From positions 186,001-250,000 of the forward strand of contig JAYWIR010000012.1 of NCBI GenBank assembly GCA_036172245.1: DNA of 64,000 nt, given 5' to 3'. The notes under the pieces were generated by a model, which worked only from the letters and a program-made list of their open reading frames with translations, was not told the DNA's origin and did not search any database. Position numbers and translations under genes: made by a program. Source of the stretch: Raillietiella orientalis. Taxonomy: Eukaryota. The stretch's first letter is position 1. Each line of letters starts with the position of its first letter. Below, in pieces: positions 1 to 13,460 of this stretch.

Positions 1-2177
1 CCTTAGTCCTAATACTTTCGGACCGCACTGCAGCATTCTCATGCGATTCTTCACCGGCAGTAGTTGTGTGGTATGCAGACTGTGAAATGAGTTTTGCCAT
101 TCCCATATGAAAAAGCCGTAGTTTGTGATAGAAAAACACCACCTTACTGCACTTATGAGGGATTCTTATGAATTTAAACACAAGTACTGTTCTATTTCAG
201 CAAACAAATAACCCCAGCCCAACGCCCCTGACTCTGAGTGCTCGCTTCGAGCTTAGTAAAATGTCAGAGTCCTTTGCAGGTTCTTGAATCCTTTGAATGT
301 ATGGAAATCGGGTCTCGACGTCCCTGACTTCGTCAGATACAAGTGTGAAAGAATCTACGATCCTTCGACACTTGGAACCTTTCCTCTCCGAGAATCTTCG
401 CTCCTCTTTGGATCTTTAAAATGTAAAGATTGTATTCCTAACTTGAAAATTCCAGTCATAATATAACACGAAATACTGCAGGTCATACAACTCAATTTTT
501 AAATGTATGTATGGGCTGATCAGAAAGATATTCACGCCAACTTCCACTTTAATGAGAAAGTGGATATTTTTTCTTTTTTTGACATGGGTATGACCGGATC
601 CTACATGCGAGTCATACAAATACCCAGTGCTTTGAATACCCAGTATGTCCTTTAGCTTTTCGTGTACTCAATAAAGCCAGGAATTCATTGTCCAAAATAC
701 GATCCCGACACAAAACGAATGTTTAGATTGCTTGTTTTAAATGAATCGAGGTTTTCCGATATGTACTTCATTGCTAGCAAATGGAACTAAAAAGAAAAGT
801 ACTGAAAGACAAAATGATTTTCCAAAGAGGATTATCCTTCCACAATTTTTAAAAATGTCGTTGCCTTATTCATTCTGGTATCCATTTGAGATGACGCTGC
901 AGCACCAGCATGAGGGGATTTTTTTTTCTATTTGGTTACCAGCAAAACATTTCTTCATGAAGCTGACACGAAATTGTACAGGAACAGCAGGAAGCATTAA
1001 TCTGAGGAGAAAGTCTTCAACGGGTGTTATTTCAGTGTTTACATGTTGGCTAAAAAACTTTCAAAGCTGGACTCTTTCTGAAAATTAACTTACATAGAAA
1101 ACAGAATGGACTCTATCGTATAAAAACATTTAAGATTACTGTGGGCCTTTGTTGCACAGAAGTGAGTCAAACTGAAAATGATTTGTATGTTTGAAAGAAG
1201 CAGTAGTTTTACTACTTAGTTGTGATAAAACTGGGAATTTTTTTTTTAATGCTTTCATACATGCACATAACCCCAGGTAAAAGATATAATGCTCTAAAAT
1301 TCTGGCAATTTTTACAAAAAGAAAGCACATGATTGTGTTTAGCATGATGCTCCAGTTCCTTGATTTCCTGAATAGCATGTAGCATTAATTCCTCCTGCTC
1401 AGCAAAGAAGAAATTGATGCAAACAGCAAAATGGTGCCTTAACTCTACAGTCAAAGAAACTGGCCTCCAAACTATCGACTGTCTTCATGGAATCAAAAGG
1501 CATGCTTTCCGCAATGTTCATGCAGTCATACATGGCCTATGCATCATGGGTTGCTCTGGATACTAGCACTAGCAAAAAATTTTATGAGGCAAATTAATGT
1601 TGAATACGATAATGCTGACAATTAACACAATATCTTGGAATTAGGAACTGAATTTTTTTTTATAATGTTTGTCTAGAAAAGTTTCAGACAACTTGTTGTT
1701 GCTTTTTAGGAATTCATGATCTTAGCGAGAATAACAATGGCATACATAGCATTGCAAAGCTATTATGATTTTATTTGCTCTTCAATCATGCGCAACTCAT
1801 GTCAGGTGTGTATATACATAAGCTTTATGGCTATACAAAAATGAAATGTACATTATACTTTGGTACAGCAATTTTACCTTCACCAGAGCAGCTGCTTGCT
1901 TTCGAATCAATTATTCTAATACTGGGCCAACTGCAGATTATGGCTTACCTCTTTGTTTATTTACAAATTTACTATTACTGGATAAGTGCTTGGATTGAAA
2001 AGTCTGCTATCACAGTTAATTATGTGACCCAATTTCTACTTGTGCCTCTGCAAGCTGTACAACTAGTTGAACTGAATTCTTAACAGCAAATTATTAAAAA
2101 AGCCCAGCTTGACAGTGCAGTTTAATGAAACAGTCACCAACTTGCAAATGCATACTGCACATAGGATCTCAAAACAG

Positions 2178-3990
2178 CTACTTTTTTGTTTTCCTTTTAA
2201 CTCTCTCTTGACGCTTCTTAACATGCTTTTTGATTTTAGTTTTTCTTCTTTCCCTTTTTTCTTCTTTCACGATTTTTTTTCTTGCCTACAATAAGAAACT
2301 GAAAAACTGAACATGTGACCAGTCATTACTTTTCTGCCCTCTGTGGTTTCATTCTTGGGCCGAAAATAAAAAGGTTTGTTTGTTTCTTTGGTCTCATCAG
2401 CTTCAGAAGATGATAAACTGCTATCATCAGTACATGTATCTTCCGATGATGAACTTGAAAAATCTAGATTTGGGCCTGTAATAGTGCTTTGATATGTATT
2501 CACAGTATCAGCAATCTGCATCCCCTTTTCCAAAGATAAACAGTCTTCCTCATAATTGGCTACCTACAATACCACTCACTGATGCACATCTTCAAATTTA
2601 AATTCACAATCACCTGGTCAAGTCTTTGTGGTATAAAAGTTTTCTTGAACACAGCATCTTCCTGCTTCTGATTGGCATCGATATCCATTTCCTGCAGTGA
2701 CTGTAAATAAGTATCCACATTGTGATCTTTGAGGGATGGATGTATGATAAATTCAAAAAGATGTTTCATACTAAGAGTATGAACACCAGTTTTGCTAAAG
2801 AAATCTATACAAAGAACAAATCCAAGTGAACAAGCACCTTCATGTCTTTGGCAAAGGATCACACATCAGTCACACACATGATTTAAAGAAAGAAAATATA
2901 TATACATATGTGCATATTCATACCAGTGATGTTGGTACAGTCAACGCGTAGGAATTCAAGGGCTAATGGATGGCTTCCTTCCACAGCCTGTGCTACATCA
3001 ATTACATACAGCTGACCAGCATGGAAACTATGGCAGCAATGCAAACTATAGGTTGGCTGCTCCACTCACAGAATGTTAAATTCACTCAGATCAGCATGCA
3101 CCAAATGGCTTTTCTGATAGAGATTGCGCATCATGATAACACACTGATGATACAACTGACAGGCATCATCAGTTGTAAGAATGACATCTTTTAACTTAGG
3201 AAAGGGCCATCCATTGTTTCCAAGAAACTGCATGACAAGAACATGACCTTTCAAGGCAAATGGTTTTGGACATGGAATTCCAGCCGCATGGATACGGCAC
3301 AAATTGCGCATTTCTTTTTCAGCCCACAAGCGCACCATTTTCCGTGGATTATGACGGCAATAACCACGACGAAATCTAAATGTCATTGCAAAGAACGTTT
3401 TGAATCACTGCTGTACCGAAATTCTCCAGTCACATAACGATCTCGATCACGAAAAGTCAGGATTGAAGTTTTATATATTTTGATGGCATAGTGCTGCTCC
3501 TGAGGACCAACAGCATAATACACGTTGGCTTCTTTCCCAGTTGAAATGCACCCATTAATCTGTGTGAAAAACTTTTGATTCAGCAGTTTAAAGAGTATCA
3601 TGCGAGTACGTGGATCCAGGACCTGTTCCACAGTAGCACGATCACGTTTGTCTTTTATTCTCAATCTGACGAGGCAAGCAGTATTTTAGCAGTATGGATC
3701 AACACCGTACCTAACATCCTCTAATCTTCTACTGAGCTCCAAAAGCTGATTTTGGGAAGATCCTGTAATCACTGGGCCCTCGTATGGTTCAAGGGAAATT
3801 TTATCAACATATTTGCTAAATCTTGCTTTGAAAGGCTGAAAATCATTAACAGTCATGGGATTCTTTTTATTTGGCCTCCACCGGTAATCTACAACACGGA
3901 GCTCAAAACACTTAAACAGAAGTTTATAAGCTAACCTTCATCAGACGAAACACAGTCGGCATCCGAGTAACACGACTTGAACTCCACCAT
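2178..3990 (-). CDS. RIOK1: RIO kinase 1 (multi-exon)
   Basis: ATG at 3990 ([12 protein letters not shown]). GT-AG introns at 3889-3935, 3666-3710 and 3376-3416. RIO1 motifs [63 protein letters not shown]. Lys-rich C-terminus ends ...[11 protein letters not shown] at 2178-2180. Confidence 0.96.
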
Positions 3991-5869
3991 AATTTGATGT
4001 TATATTCTAAGGTGATGAAAATCCTTGAAAAACACACTGCAACGGGCGCCCAGGATGCAATAAACACGTTACGCTAAAACGCAAAATATGCAAAGATTAC
4101 TAAGACCGGTGGGAGATGACTCACCTTCCTGGCTCCAACTGACTTGCCTCCGAGCGAACACAATGTCTACTATCGAAATTGCACACACGTGAGTAACGTG
4201 TGAACGTGTTGCGAGCTAAACAGTGTAAACATTCGTTGCCATCACATTTTTGTTGCGCCATCACTGAAATTTCTGTCTGAAATGCAAATATCACGAAACT
4301 ATTGCTAATCCACCACAAAAAACAATTAAGACGCAATCATAATAAGTCAGAACCACAACGAATCCGAACAACAAGGAAGCTAAATGAAATACTCGTATAA
4401 TTACGTTGGGCACCATTACGATGACTCACGCTTATAATTGCAGTTATAATCCTCATCATAAGCCTCTATGATGAGGGATGCAATTATGATTCTCACGATG
4501 AGCTAAGAATGCTTAATTTCTATCCGATCCCAAATGAGTGCATAAGTTATTACAAACGAAGGGTAACCTTTGGCTCGTAATGCAGTAGGAATACTACTAC
4601 ATAACCTAAAATTTCATCTTCGATCCGCATAGTTTTGATTTCATGAAGCAGATTTGCTGGAAACGAGCATTACTTGTATTTTAGAAAGATCATCAAAGAG
4701 CTAGGGTATGACTCTTTTTAACGCATCTATTTGATAGGTACTTAAACCCTTATTCATCACCTCAAGCAAGCAAGCACGAAATCAGACTGAAGCTTTTTTG
4801 TGATTTAGATATAGTCTTCTAACCTACTACTGCTCTCCAAATGCATAATAAAATAACCGAGACAAAATGATAGCAAAAAGAAGAAAGAAAAGAAGTCGGC
4901 TGCTTGTAAATGTACAACTCCTGGTGTGCAAATTGCATCTAATTTGGATACGAAATGTTATCGCTCAATAAACCGAGTCATTTATGTTTTCGCAGTCCTA
5001 CGTAGAAGTCACCGTATGAGTTTTTTTTTTCTGGATCTGGAGTTACCTTTGGATGCTTTTGTCTCTTGAATTCTACGCTTCAAGGTCTAACATTATTTTT
5101 GCGTTATTTACAGGAGCTTCTTCACAACAAGAGTTAAAGAATCTAAAAGCGGAAATTTTGAAATCCTGCAATGGTTTCTTACACACTGGACGTAGAATTC
5201 CAAAAGTAGAAAATATGCAAAAAGTAATGCATACTTTTCGGAACTGGAAACCTGAATCACTTAAACGTCTGATTTGAAGATCCTTTCAAATTAGATCCTG
5301 AAAATTACCCATGTAGTTTTAGAGCACGAGTTCCCTTTAATGAAATACTTTTTAGTAGTAACCTCCATAAAGCTACTGCAGTAAAAGGTACGGAAAAAAA
5401 AGTCACTGACAATATTTCCCATGGATGTATCTTTTTTTTGTTTTTTTTTGCGACAAAGAAACCCGGAATGCATTCCGAAAGTTACGAGAACAAGCGGCCT
5501 TTTTTTAAACAACCTTTGCATCTTTGGTGATTTTCTGGAGTACAACGAACGAGGATGCTCTCAAATCGTTAGCCACAAATTATAAAACCCGTGAAGGTGA
5601 TCGGGCCGTGAAATACGGACTTTTGCACAGCAGCCGCTTACTTTGGCTGGCCTGCTGCCAATGCATTGTGGGACTCGGCTGGAAATCTGGTTCTCCAACA
5701 GGGGAAGCCCCTGGTCGTTTGCTGACGCATGGAATTCCCGCTGGCAAAATCCAAGGGGAAACATCGAATCTCACGTCACGCGGACCGGATGTTTAGGAAA
5801 TCTACTTTTCAAGAGACGACACTCTTGTGGCCTCATAGCAACTAAGCCATCCGTTCCCTCAAGGACGAT

Positions 5870-7900
5870 TTTCACACGGTTTTGCAGGTACATTTATTGT
5901 GAAAAATAGTAAATACAATTTTTGTGGTGGAACACTTGGTTCTAGCACGTAAAAAACAAATTCCCTTCCACTTATTGTCCGATGCGGGGGCACGAGGGAT
6001 GGGGGAAAACAAAACAAAAATAAATGCAAAAACAAAAAGTTAAGAAAGTTTGTTGTGGGGGAGTTGAGAAGGGGATTACTGTGTGACTCGCTGCGATGTT
6101 CCGTTCATCCTCTGAAGGATTCAGGCAAGTTGGTGTTTTTCTGGTCCCATATGGGGCCATCTTTACGCTATCCTCGTGAAGAGGACCGCAAAATAGATGG
6201 CATCCCTATCGTTTTGGTAGCCTCTGGCGTTACTCCACGCAGCCACTATCCCATGTAGGCAGCACAGTACTGTTAGGGATGCGGCCTGCCGACGTGAGGG
6301 CGTCACCTAGGAAGAGGAGCTTCGAAACGTCTCTGGGGTCTCCCTCAGGGTTCCGCGGGACGCGGAAAAGCGTTTTCCAGGGGCGGAGGGCAGCACAATC
6401 CATGAGCAGGTGCGAGAAAGATTTTGTTTCTTTTCAGAGAGAGGGTGTGAGAGTTTCTCAGCACTGGGGGCCATTCTAGGTCTTCCCGGGGAATTCCTAG
6501 AGGCTCAACGCAGCGTGAAAGTCCTCTGGGTGGGGCACTTGGGATCGCAGCCTCTGTGAACTGGCCCGTGGTCCAATCACCTATAACCCTCTTCCGGAAG
6601 TCGATCTCACAGGATGCCTCCCACTTTGCCGGTACGTTTCTACCAAGATGTTTCCTCGGAGAGGGCAGCGCGATGGCAAGGAAGGGTTGTTCCGGTCGAC
6701 GGTACGACGCACGAGGATCTCCTGCAGCGATTAGCTGTTGTAGGAGTGCAGCAGTTGCTACCGTGACTCCGGGTTCGTCTCGATCTTTTTCGCCCACGTG
6801 CGAACGGCTTCCTGCAATCAGGAACTACCGTTCGCGAGGAGGAAGGAGATCTAGTTGCTTCCCCTGGTCAGCGCAACCACCTGCCGGAGCTCAAGTCCGC
6901 AGTGGGCCACGTTTCCGCAGAGGGACGCAAGGAAGGAAAGTACGTCGCATCCTGAGGCTCGCCTGACCAGGAGGAGCGCAGAACCGCACCAGTTGGTGTT
7001 CCAACTCTTCGTTACTAGGGCCAGAGTTCTCCAATGGAGCTGTCGCTCCAGCGTCAGGAGGCCGAGACCACCACCATTCCGGCGCGGAGCACACAAGTCC
7101 TTCAAGCGGAATCGGGACCTCCCGATACCCCAGAGGACTTTTCTCTGGAGGTCCTCGGTCCCCTTTTTCACTTTCTTGAAGCGAGACAAACAGAAAGCAG
7201 GCAGAGGAAAGCGTTCTTTGCATCCTTGCTAGAAAACGTGTTTCACACCGTTCCCCTGGAACGGACCAAGGTGTGCTCCGCCTTTTGGAGACGGTCAGAC
7301 CAGTCTTCTGCGACGCAGAAGTCCTCCAACGGAATGCCAAGGTGAAAAACGTTCTGGCTCGGCCGCTCCTCTTTCTGGAATCTTTCGGCAGACGGTACGG
7401 TCTGACTACATTTTGCCCCCATGCGTTTCTCCTCTCCACGTGGTGTTGCCGTAGATCTCGGTCTGCCGGAAAGTACGAGGCTGGTGTGTTTACTCCTCTG
7501 CTCGGTCCCTCTTCAAACTTCGAGCATTCCCGAAGTTCGTTTCTGCGCGTCCGCAGGCCGACCGGCCGCTCTGCCTGCAGTGGAAGCTGTCCATCTTGCC
7601 ATGTCCCTGCTGCCCTGGAAAAGCAGTTGCGGACGCGATAATCTCACTGCCTTGTACTGCAGGAGGCTGCCCTGCAACTCCGACTCGCATTAGGGCTGGT
7701 GCCAGTGGCGGCGGCCTGCATGCACGATGGTGGTCGTTCGCCTCAGACGAGACCGGGGATTTCGGCGTCCCTGCAGCGTTCTCTGCGGTGATTTTCCGGA
7801 ATTGGTCGCACTGGACGAGATGCTCCTGGACTCCCCACAAGAGGCACGTTGGGCGCCTCCTTTCCACTTCTCCGTGTAGCGAAGAGGCCATTTGCAAAAG
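5870..7900 (-). mobile_element. L1/Tx1-like non-LTR retrotransposon relic (ORF2 3' half + 3' UTR)
   Basis: Frameshifted ORF2 pieces such as KVLWGIGRSRFRLKDLCAPRRNGGGLGL. The T-rich 3' UTR and AATAAA (5893-5898) match the other copies. The 5' boundary is approximate. Confidence 0.75.
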
Positions 7901-8818
7901 GATCGACTGCCCTCACCACTGAAATTCCACATCCTGCAGGCACGGAGGCGAGGAAGCTGCCCCGTACTGTGCAAGGAAAAAGTTCCTTCCAGCACATCTG
8001 CGAACACCTTTCTTTCCAAGTTTCGGCACTCTGCGGTGAGCAACGTTTGTGTCCACCCACCGGAAAAACAGCAAGACGTCTGTTGCTGAATTGCACGGCC
8101 GTTCACAATGCCAACACGCAGAGAACGCTGATTTCACAAATTTCGAATGTAAAAGACTCAGATTTTATACATATGCATTTCTATTTATTTTTATATATAT
8201 CCGTGCCCTACGATCCCACCTGTCAAGCTACAGAGTTGTCCTTCTCCAGTCAATTCAGCGCTGGGATGAAGATGGTTTTTTTTTTACCTTCTTGGCAGCT
8301 GCAAGGGGTTCGAAAGTGAAGGATGAAGAGATTTCCCGCCTTCTTCCGTGGGGGGGGGGGCGGAGAACTTCGACTTCGAGCGTAGTTGAGATGGGGGTGC
8401 GCGCATCATACAAATGTCTTCCTTTCCAGTCACTGAAACTGCACACTTCAGCGGAATCCTACGCACCCACATTGAACACTGAATTTCTCGAGATTGTGGG
8501 GAGGGGGACAATAAAAAGAAAGCGTTATCCAATCCACTAAACAGAGTTCGTGGACTCGGTGCACTCCTGGCTCATGTCCCCACGCTTGCGGTTGCCTTCG
8601 AAACTCACAAGTGACCCTAGCAATGGCAGACCCGGAAGTTCGCACACCCGGAAGTCACTCGCGGTGAATTTTCATAGCTGATTTTTACATGGGTGGAGCG
8701 CCGGATGTGCGTGAACAGAGCCCTGGTGGTTCGCGCCCGCGCTGGAGACCGTGTGACTGAGGTCTCCGCGTGGTGCCTCGTGGGTTTCGAGTCCCCCCCG
8801 CAGGATGACACTGGTTGA

Positions 8819-9510
8819 CACTCGATCACGGAAACTGACATTCAATTACGTAAAAATATCAATAAAAATGTGTGGAGCTTAGTATATCTCAACCTACATG
8901 TGAACCCAGAAAAAGCCCAAAATGCTCCAACAGAGACGCCAAATGCCTCTAATGACCTCTCTTCAGCTGAAACAAAGCCGTGTGATGCTGTAAAAGAAAA
9001 ATCATCTTTATTTATAAAAGGTAAACGTCTGTGGCAGGACGTTTGATCCTGCCACGTTACTTATAACTACAAGAAACCTGCTGGGAACTGGCGTACAGGC
9101 CGGCGGCACAAAAAGAGGGGAGACAAACAAAAAGGAAAAAAAAATAGTCAGAAGAAAGAAAAGAAAAGGGGGGGAGCGGTCAGAGGGGATCACTGTGTGC
9201 TGGAGGGAGTTCTCTGCATCCTTGTAAGGATGCCGGCAAGTTCCTGTTTTATGGTTCCCAGATGTGGGGCGCTGCCGCTGGTCTAGGCATCGGAGTAACC
9301 GTCGCCCTATTCATCACCGTCATCCTCATAAGATGGTGGAAAACGAGGGAAGCCAGGGCGGCCGCATCTCCTATGGAAATCCTGAAAGGAATTATCCAGA
9401 AGAAGATCTGCATAAGGAACTGTGGTAAAGTGGCGTCCTGGACTTATCGATACATCCTGAAAAGGATCGAAGATATTACCCAGGCCCAATCAACTCCCAG
9501 TCCACCATAA
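8819..9510 (+). pseudogene. Fragment of a type I membrane protein gene interrupted by a LINE 3' end
   Basis: Open frame 8819-9010 (...VWSLVYLNLHVNPEKAQNAPTETPNASNDLSSAETKPCDAVKEKSSL) and 9265-9510 (WGAAAGLGIGVTVALFITVILIRWWK...). AATAAA near 9575. Confidence 0.45.
9005..9265 (-). mobile_element. L1/Tx1-like LINE 3' fragment
   Basis: ctctgcatccttgtaaggatgccggcaagtt...cccagatgtggggc matches the copies at 29.7 kb and 45.7 kb. Confidence 0.7.
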
Positions 9511-10504
9511 TGCAGAACATCAGTGTTGTGACTCCAAGTTTAGTGAAACTCAAAGAAGACACACATGATTGTGAAATAAAATTGAATGAATGAGTATGTA
9601 GTGTGAATGACGAAAAGGAAATAAGTTCACCGGACTCCTTGTGGGACTCAGGGAAAATCTAGGAATCGGAGTGCATAGGAATCCCAGCTCTCCAGCAAAC
9701 GGAACCTCATGGTGGTGCATCCGCCAAAACAGACTTGCATTTTCGCGAAAGCGGGATTCGCCGCTGAACTGTTTTGTTGTTGTTGCAACAAATGGGAAGT
9801 CTTTTCAAAGATTTTTCAAGAGAACTCTCTCGTTGACGTCCACAGCCGATTTCAGACATCGCTGGATGACGGAAGTTCCAACACAAAAGGGACGTCCTAG
9901 TAATGATTGTCCTCTCTTAAACATACTTAAACAAACATGGCTGTTTCTCTGCTGCTAAGACACATCCCTCATAAGCAAACGATCAAAAAAAGAAAAAAAA
10001 AGGACTAACAGTTTAATCAGGGAAGCTCAAGACTTCTATCCACAGCAAGAATGATCTGGCCGATTACCAACTAGTTCACTTATTATTTGGTAGATTAATC
10101 CCTGCTGTTCCTCAGTGGAAAGAAAGCTTCAAAGAGGAACAAAACCCCACATCGTCAAATTCAGGAACAGAAATCCTCTCGGGAGTCGCAGTGAATATGG
10201 AAGATACTTTACTTTTTCGGTACTGCTGCTGAGAGGCAACGTTTTTTTTTTTTTTTTTAGCATCAGATCGATGTGGAATGTGCAGAAGACGATCTCGTGT
10301 CAATTTCGGGATCGAATCGAGTATTAGTAGGAAATGGAAGCAACCGATGATTTGCAGGAAACATTCTTCTCAGATCAGTGTGGTAACCCACCGAAAGAAG
10401 AAATCTCTGTCTCCTCGCTACAGGAGCCCTTAAACCAATACCAGCGAAGCAGCAAGGAATGATCGTCCCCTTTTGAGGGGGCTCGGTTTACCATCCCAAC
10501 GCTC

Positions 10505-11275
10505 AAAATTCCGAATGATTATGAAAAATAAATATATGTGCGTATCATACATATTTATACATATATTCATGTATGGATTAATATACAGATTTATTTTAAC
10601 ATATTTATTCACATACATATTATTAATAGCGATGTTATTTCAACATATGTATTTATGTATATTTAACGTATTCGTGTATTATTAATATGTATATTGAAGA
10701 TTATAAAAACTGAATACATTTGTTTGTTGTGTATATTAATTAATAACATGTTTATGATATTAATATATGTTATGAAGATTATAAAACGTAAATATATTTG
10801 TTCATTATATATATAAATATATACGCGTATATAATAAATATATATTGAATGAATGTATAAATATCGAACTATAAATATATATATTTTATCGAACGATGGA
10901 CATCCTGAAAACAGAATACGTCATTTCCTGAGAAAGTTTCATTCGCATAGTGCTGGAAATGACAGAATTGGGAAATACCAAATTTCTTTTTTCTTTTTTT
11001 AATCTGCTATTTTTAATCATCACCATTATCTTTTCATTTTTTATAATTCCGTATTTATACATTCGTTTCATAGATATTTATTATATATATATGAAATGAA
11101 CATGATAAGCACATCTAATTAGCATGTTTATTTTTTATGATCTTTAATATATCGGTAAATGAAATAAATATTATTAATTATATCTGTACTATGTGTGTTA
11201 ATAAATCTTATTGATGATGTATGTTTAGAAAAATCTGTATACAAATCTATATACAAATATGATTGTCTGGGAATT
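10505..11275. mobile_element. AT-rich foldback/MITE-like element, copy 1
   Basis: The AT-rich arms are imperfect inverted repeats (10830-10875 versus 11041-11083). The central spacer is homologous, in inverted orientation, to 14765-14875. Confidence 0.7.
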
Positions 11276-11624
11276 CCCGCACCCGTTCCTTCCGATTTTT
11301 TTGCCCTTCCTTGCAGATCGTGGGGATGCAGTGGTTTCAGACAAGTGGGATGTTCCCTTCGAGTAGTACCTCGCGCGTTTTCGCACCCCATTTCTCTTAG
11401 TTGACGCCTTTTTTCCCCCAGCGCAAGTGATCGAGTGGCTTCCTTTCAGCCATGGGTGACAGCCCAGAACTTGGACCTCGCACGAGGGCGCTCCGGAATG
11501 AGCTCGTCTTTCAGAATCTCGCGTCAGTTGCGCCCAGCAGACTCGCCTTCCTGTTGTTCATCAGCATTGTGGGTGCCTTTAAGCAGTTGTTTCTGCGTGA
11601 CCATTTATCAAGTGATATGTTGCA

Positions 11625-12045
11625 ATGCGTGACTTTTCAAGTTAGGGACCACTCTAAGAATACAGTAAGGCTCCGGAGGAGAAAGTCAAGCGAGAGGGGG
11701 ACCATCTCCTGGTTGTCTCCGGAGGAGCAGCGGGTACGAGATGGGTCCCCCTTTGAAGGGAGGGACGGCCCATTCTCACAACCGAAGGGCAACTCCGGAG
11801 GGAACCGGCTTCTTGATTCCTGGAGGGATTTCAAAGGGTTGACTTCCAATCCCGGCCAGGCAACGGAGGCACCCGGCTTCCGTGAAGCCAAGCGAGTGCA
11901 ACCAGCGTCATCTTTCGGGAGGACTTGAGACTCACGACGCACTCATTTCTCGGAGTCCATGGTTCCCCGGCCGGGATTCGAACCCGTAGTGCTTGGTGCC
12001 ACGCGCGGAAGGCCGCAGTCGGACGGCCTACACCGCGGGCCAGCG
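11625..12045 (-). mobile_element. tRNA-headed SINE-like element (subfamily 1, internally deleted)
   Basis: Minus-strand head ...GGGTTCGAATCCCGGCCGGGGAACCA, core GGCCGGGATTGGAAGTCAAC, tail GTGGTCCCTAACTTGAAAAGTCACGC. Confidence 0.75.
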
Positions 12046-13460
12046 CAGTTCTTCAGCAGCGTAATCAGATGCTGCACACCTGTCGGTCGCTGCATCACTG
12101 TGCTGCGATTGCAACATACGCTACCTTTGTGGAACTTCCGTTTCTCCTGTCTCAGTCGGTTTTGCAAAACGGGCTGTGTCGCTCACCAACATGGACCAGC
12201 ACTGACTGAGCTTGCCTCGGTGGTCCTGATGGCCAGTTTCTTCGGCATGCGTAACTTGCTATTTGCTCTACTCGCTCATGCGTGTTTTTTTTTTTTTTTT
12301 TCTCTCGCGCTGTGGTGCAGCTCACGTAGTCTCTGGTGCGCGCGAGGCAAAGACAGCTTCGGTGTGCCGCCAACACGTGTGTCCGCGCGCGTCGAGAAGG
12401 CCATTTCTTGTGACCGCCGCCACTCGTTTCCAGCTTTAGTGGAATCCGCCCAGCCCTGCCTGCTGCCACCGGTTTTACCCTCGGACCGCAGATGTCTGTC
12501 GCTGCACGTCTTCTGACGATTTGCTGCTTTCGACAGCGACCACGCACCAGCAGACCACGCGAGGCTTGGCTTCGGCTTCCCGATAAGCATGCGGTCTGCT
12601 CCCAGATCTCAGGGAGGAACTTCCCTTCCCCGGAGGACAGGCACATGGGTATGCAGGCGCGAAGAGGTGCGGCGGACGCACCTCGGAAGCGTCCGAAATG
12701 CCGGCGGGTCCACTCGACCAGAATTGGACCACTGCCTTCCGCGAAAACCTGCGCCTCCTATGGGTCAGTCAGCCAGAGGGGAAACCCCCATGGAGTTTCG
12801 AATCACTTCTCTTCTGGTGTATCTTCCCTTCCTCTTCCCTTCTTCCTTCCTCCTCCTTTTTGCAATGGTATTTTTGTTTCCCATGATGAAGGTGCTCCTC
12901 GTCAGGATTCAAAGGGCAATCTCTCGTGAGCTTCGTGTTTCGACACCCGGCCACAGAAGAATTCCGGATTACCTGGCAAGAAGTCAGCTGACTTGCTAGT
13001 GAGGTCCACCTCGGGGAAGGAACGAGGACAAGGGGCACCCGTGCAGAGGCAGGAAGAAATACATGTATGTGTGTGTGACCTTTTGTGTGAGGGAGAGGAG
13101 AAAGAAGGTCGCCGCTACTGCTACTCCTGGGGGTCCTCTGTACCCCGTGCCGAACGCTGGCAGGTTCCACCCTCAATGCGCCAGGTGGGGCTACCTCGTT
13201 CCCCTCCTCGAGGTGGAGGTTTCCGTGGCGACGGGTGCTACCCCGCCGCGTTGTGCTGCGGGTATCAGGAACGGAGGGCAAGCGAAGCAACTTTACTGAG
13301 CAAGAAGAACCCTCCTCCGGTTTGCGCGGCGGCGCAGGCGTAGCAGGGGAGGTTGCCATGGGGATTCTTCTCTCCGTCCAAGCGCGCAGGAGTTCGGCTC
13401 CGCTCTGGTCCGCAGCGGGGCTTCCTGACCGCACATCCACCTTCCAGGGGAAGCTCGCGT

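Noticed and set aside
1..1560. Possible multi-exon gene on the minus strand (exon-like pieces such as EELMLHAIQEIKELEHH and RSKEERRFSERKG)
   Set aside because: I could not build a phase-consistent model or recognise a family. It may be real but is not supportable by eye.
11955..12045. Intact tRNA gene (B-box and terminal ACCA); also the B-box at ~27389
   Set aside because: No convincing cloverleaf. The first is the head of a repeated element and the second is an isolated motif.
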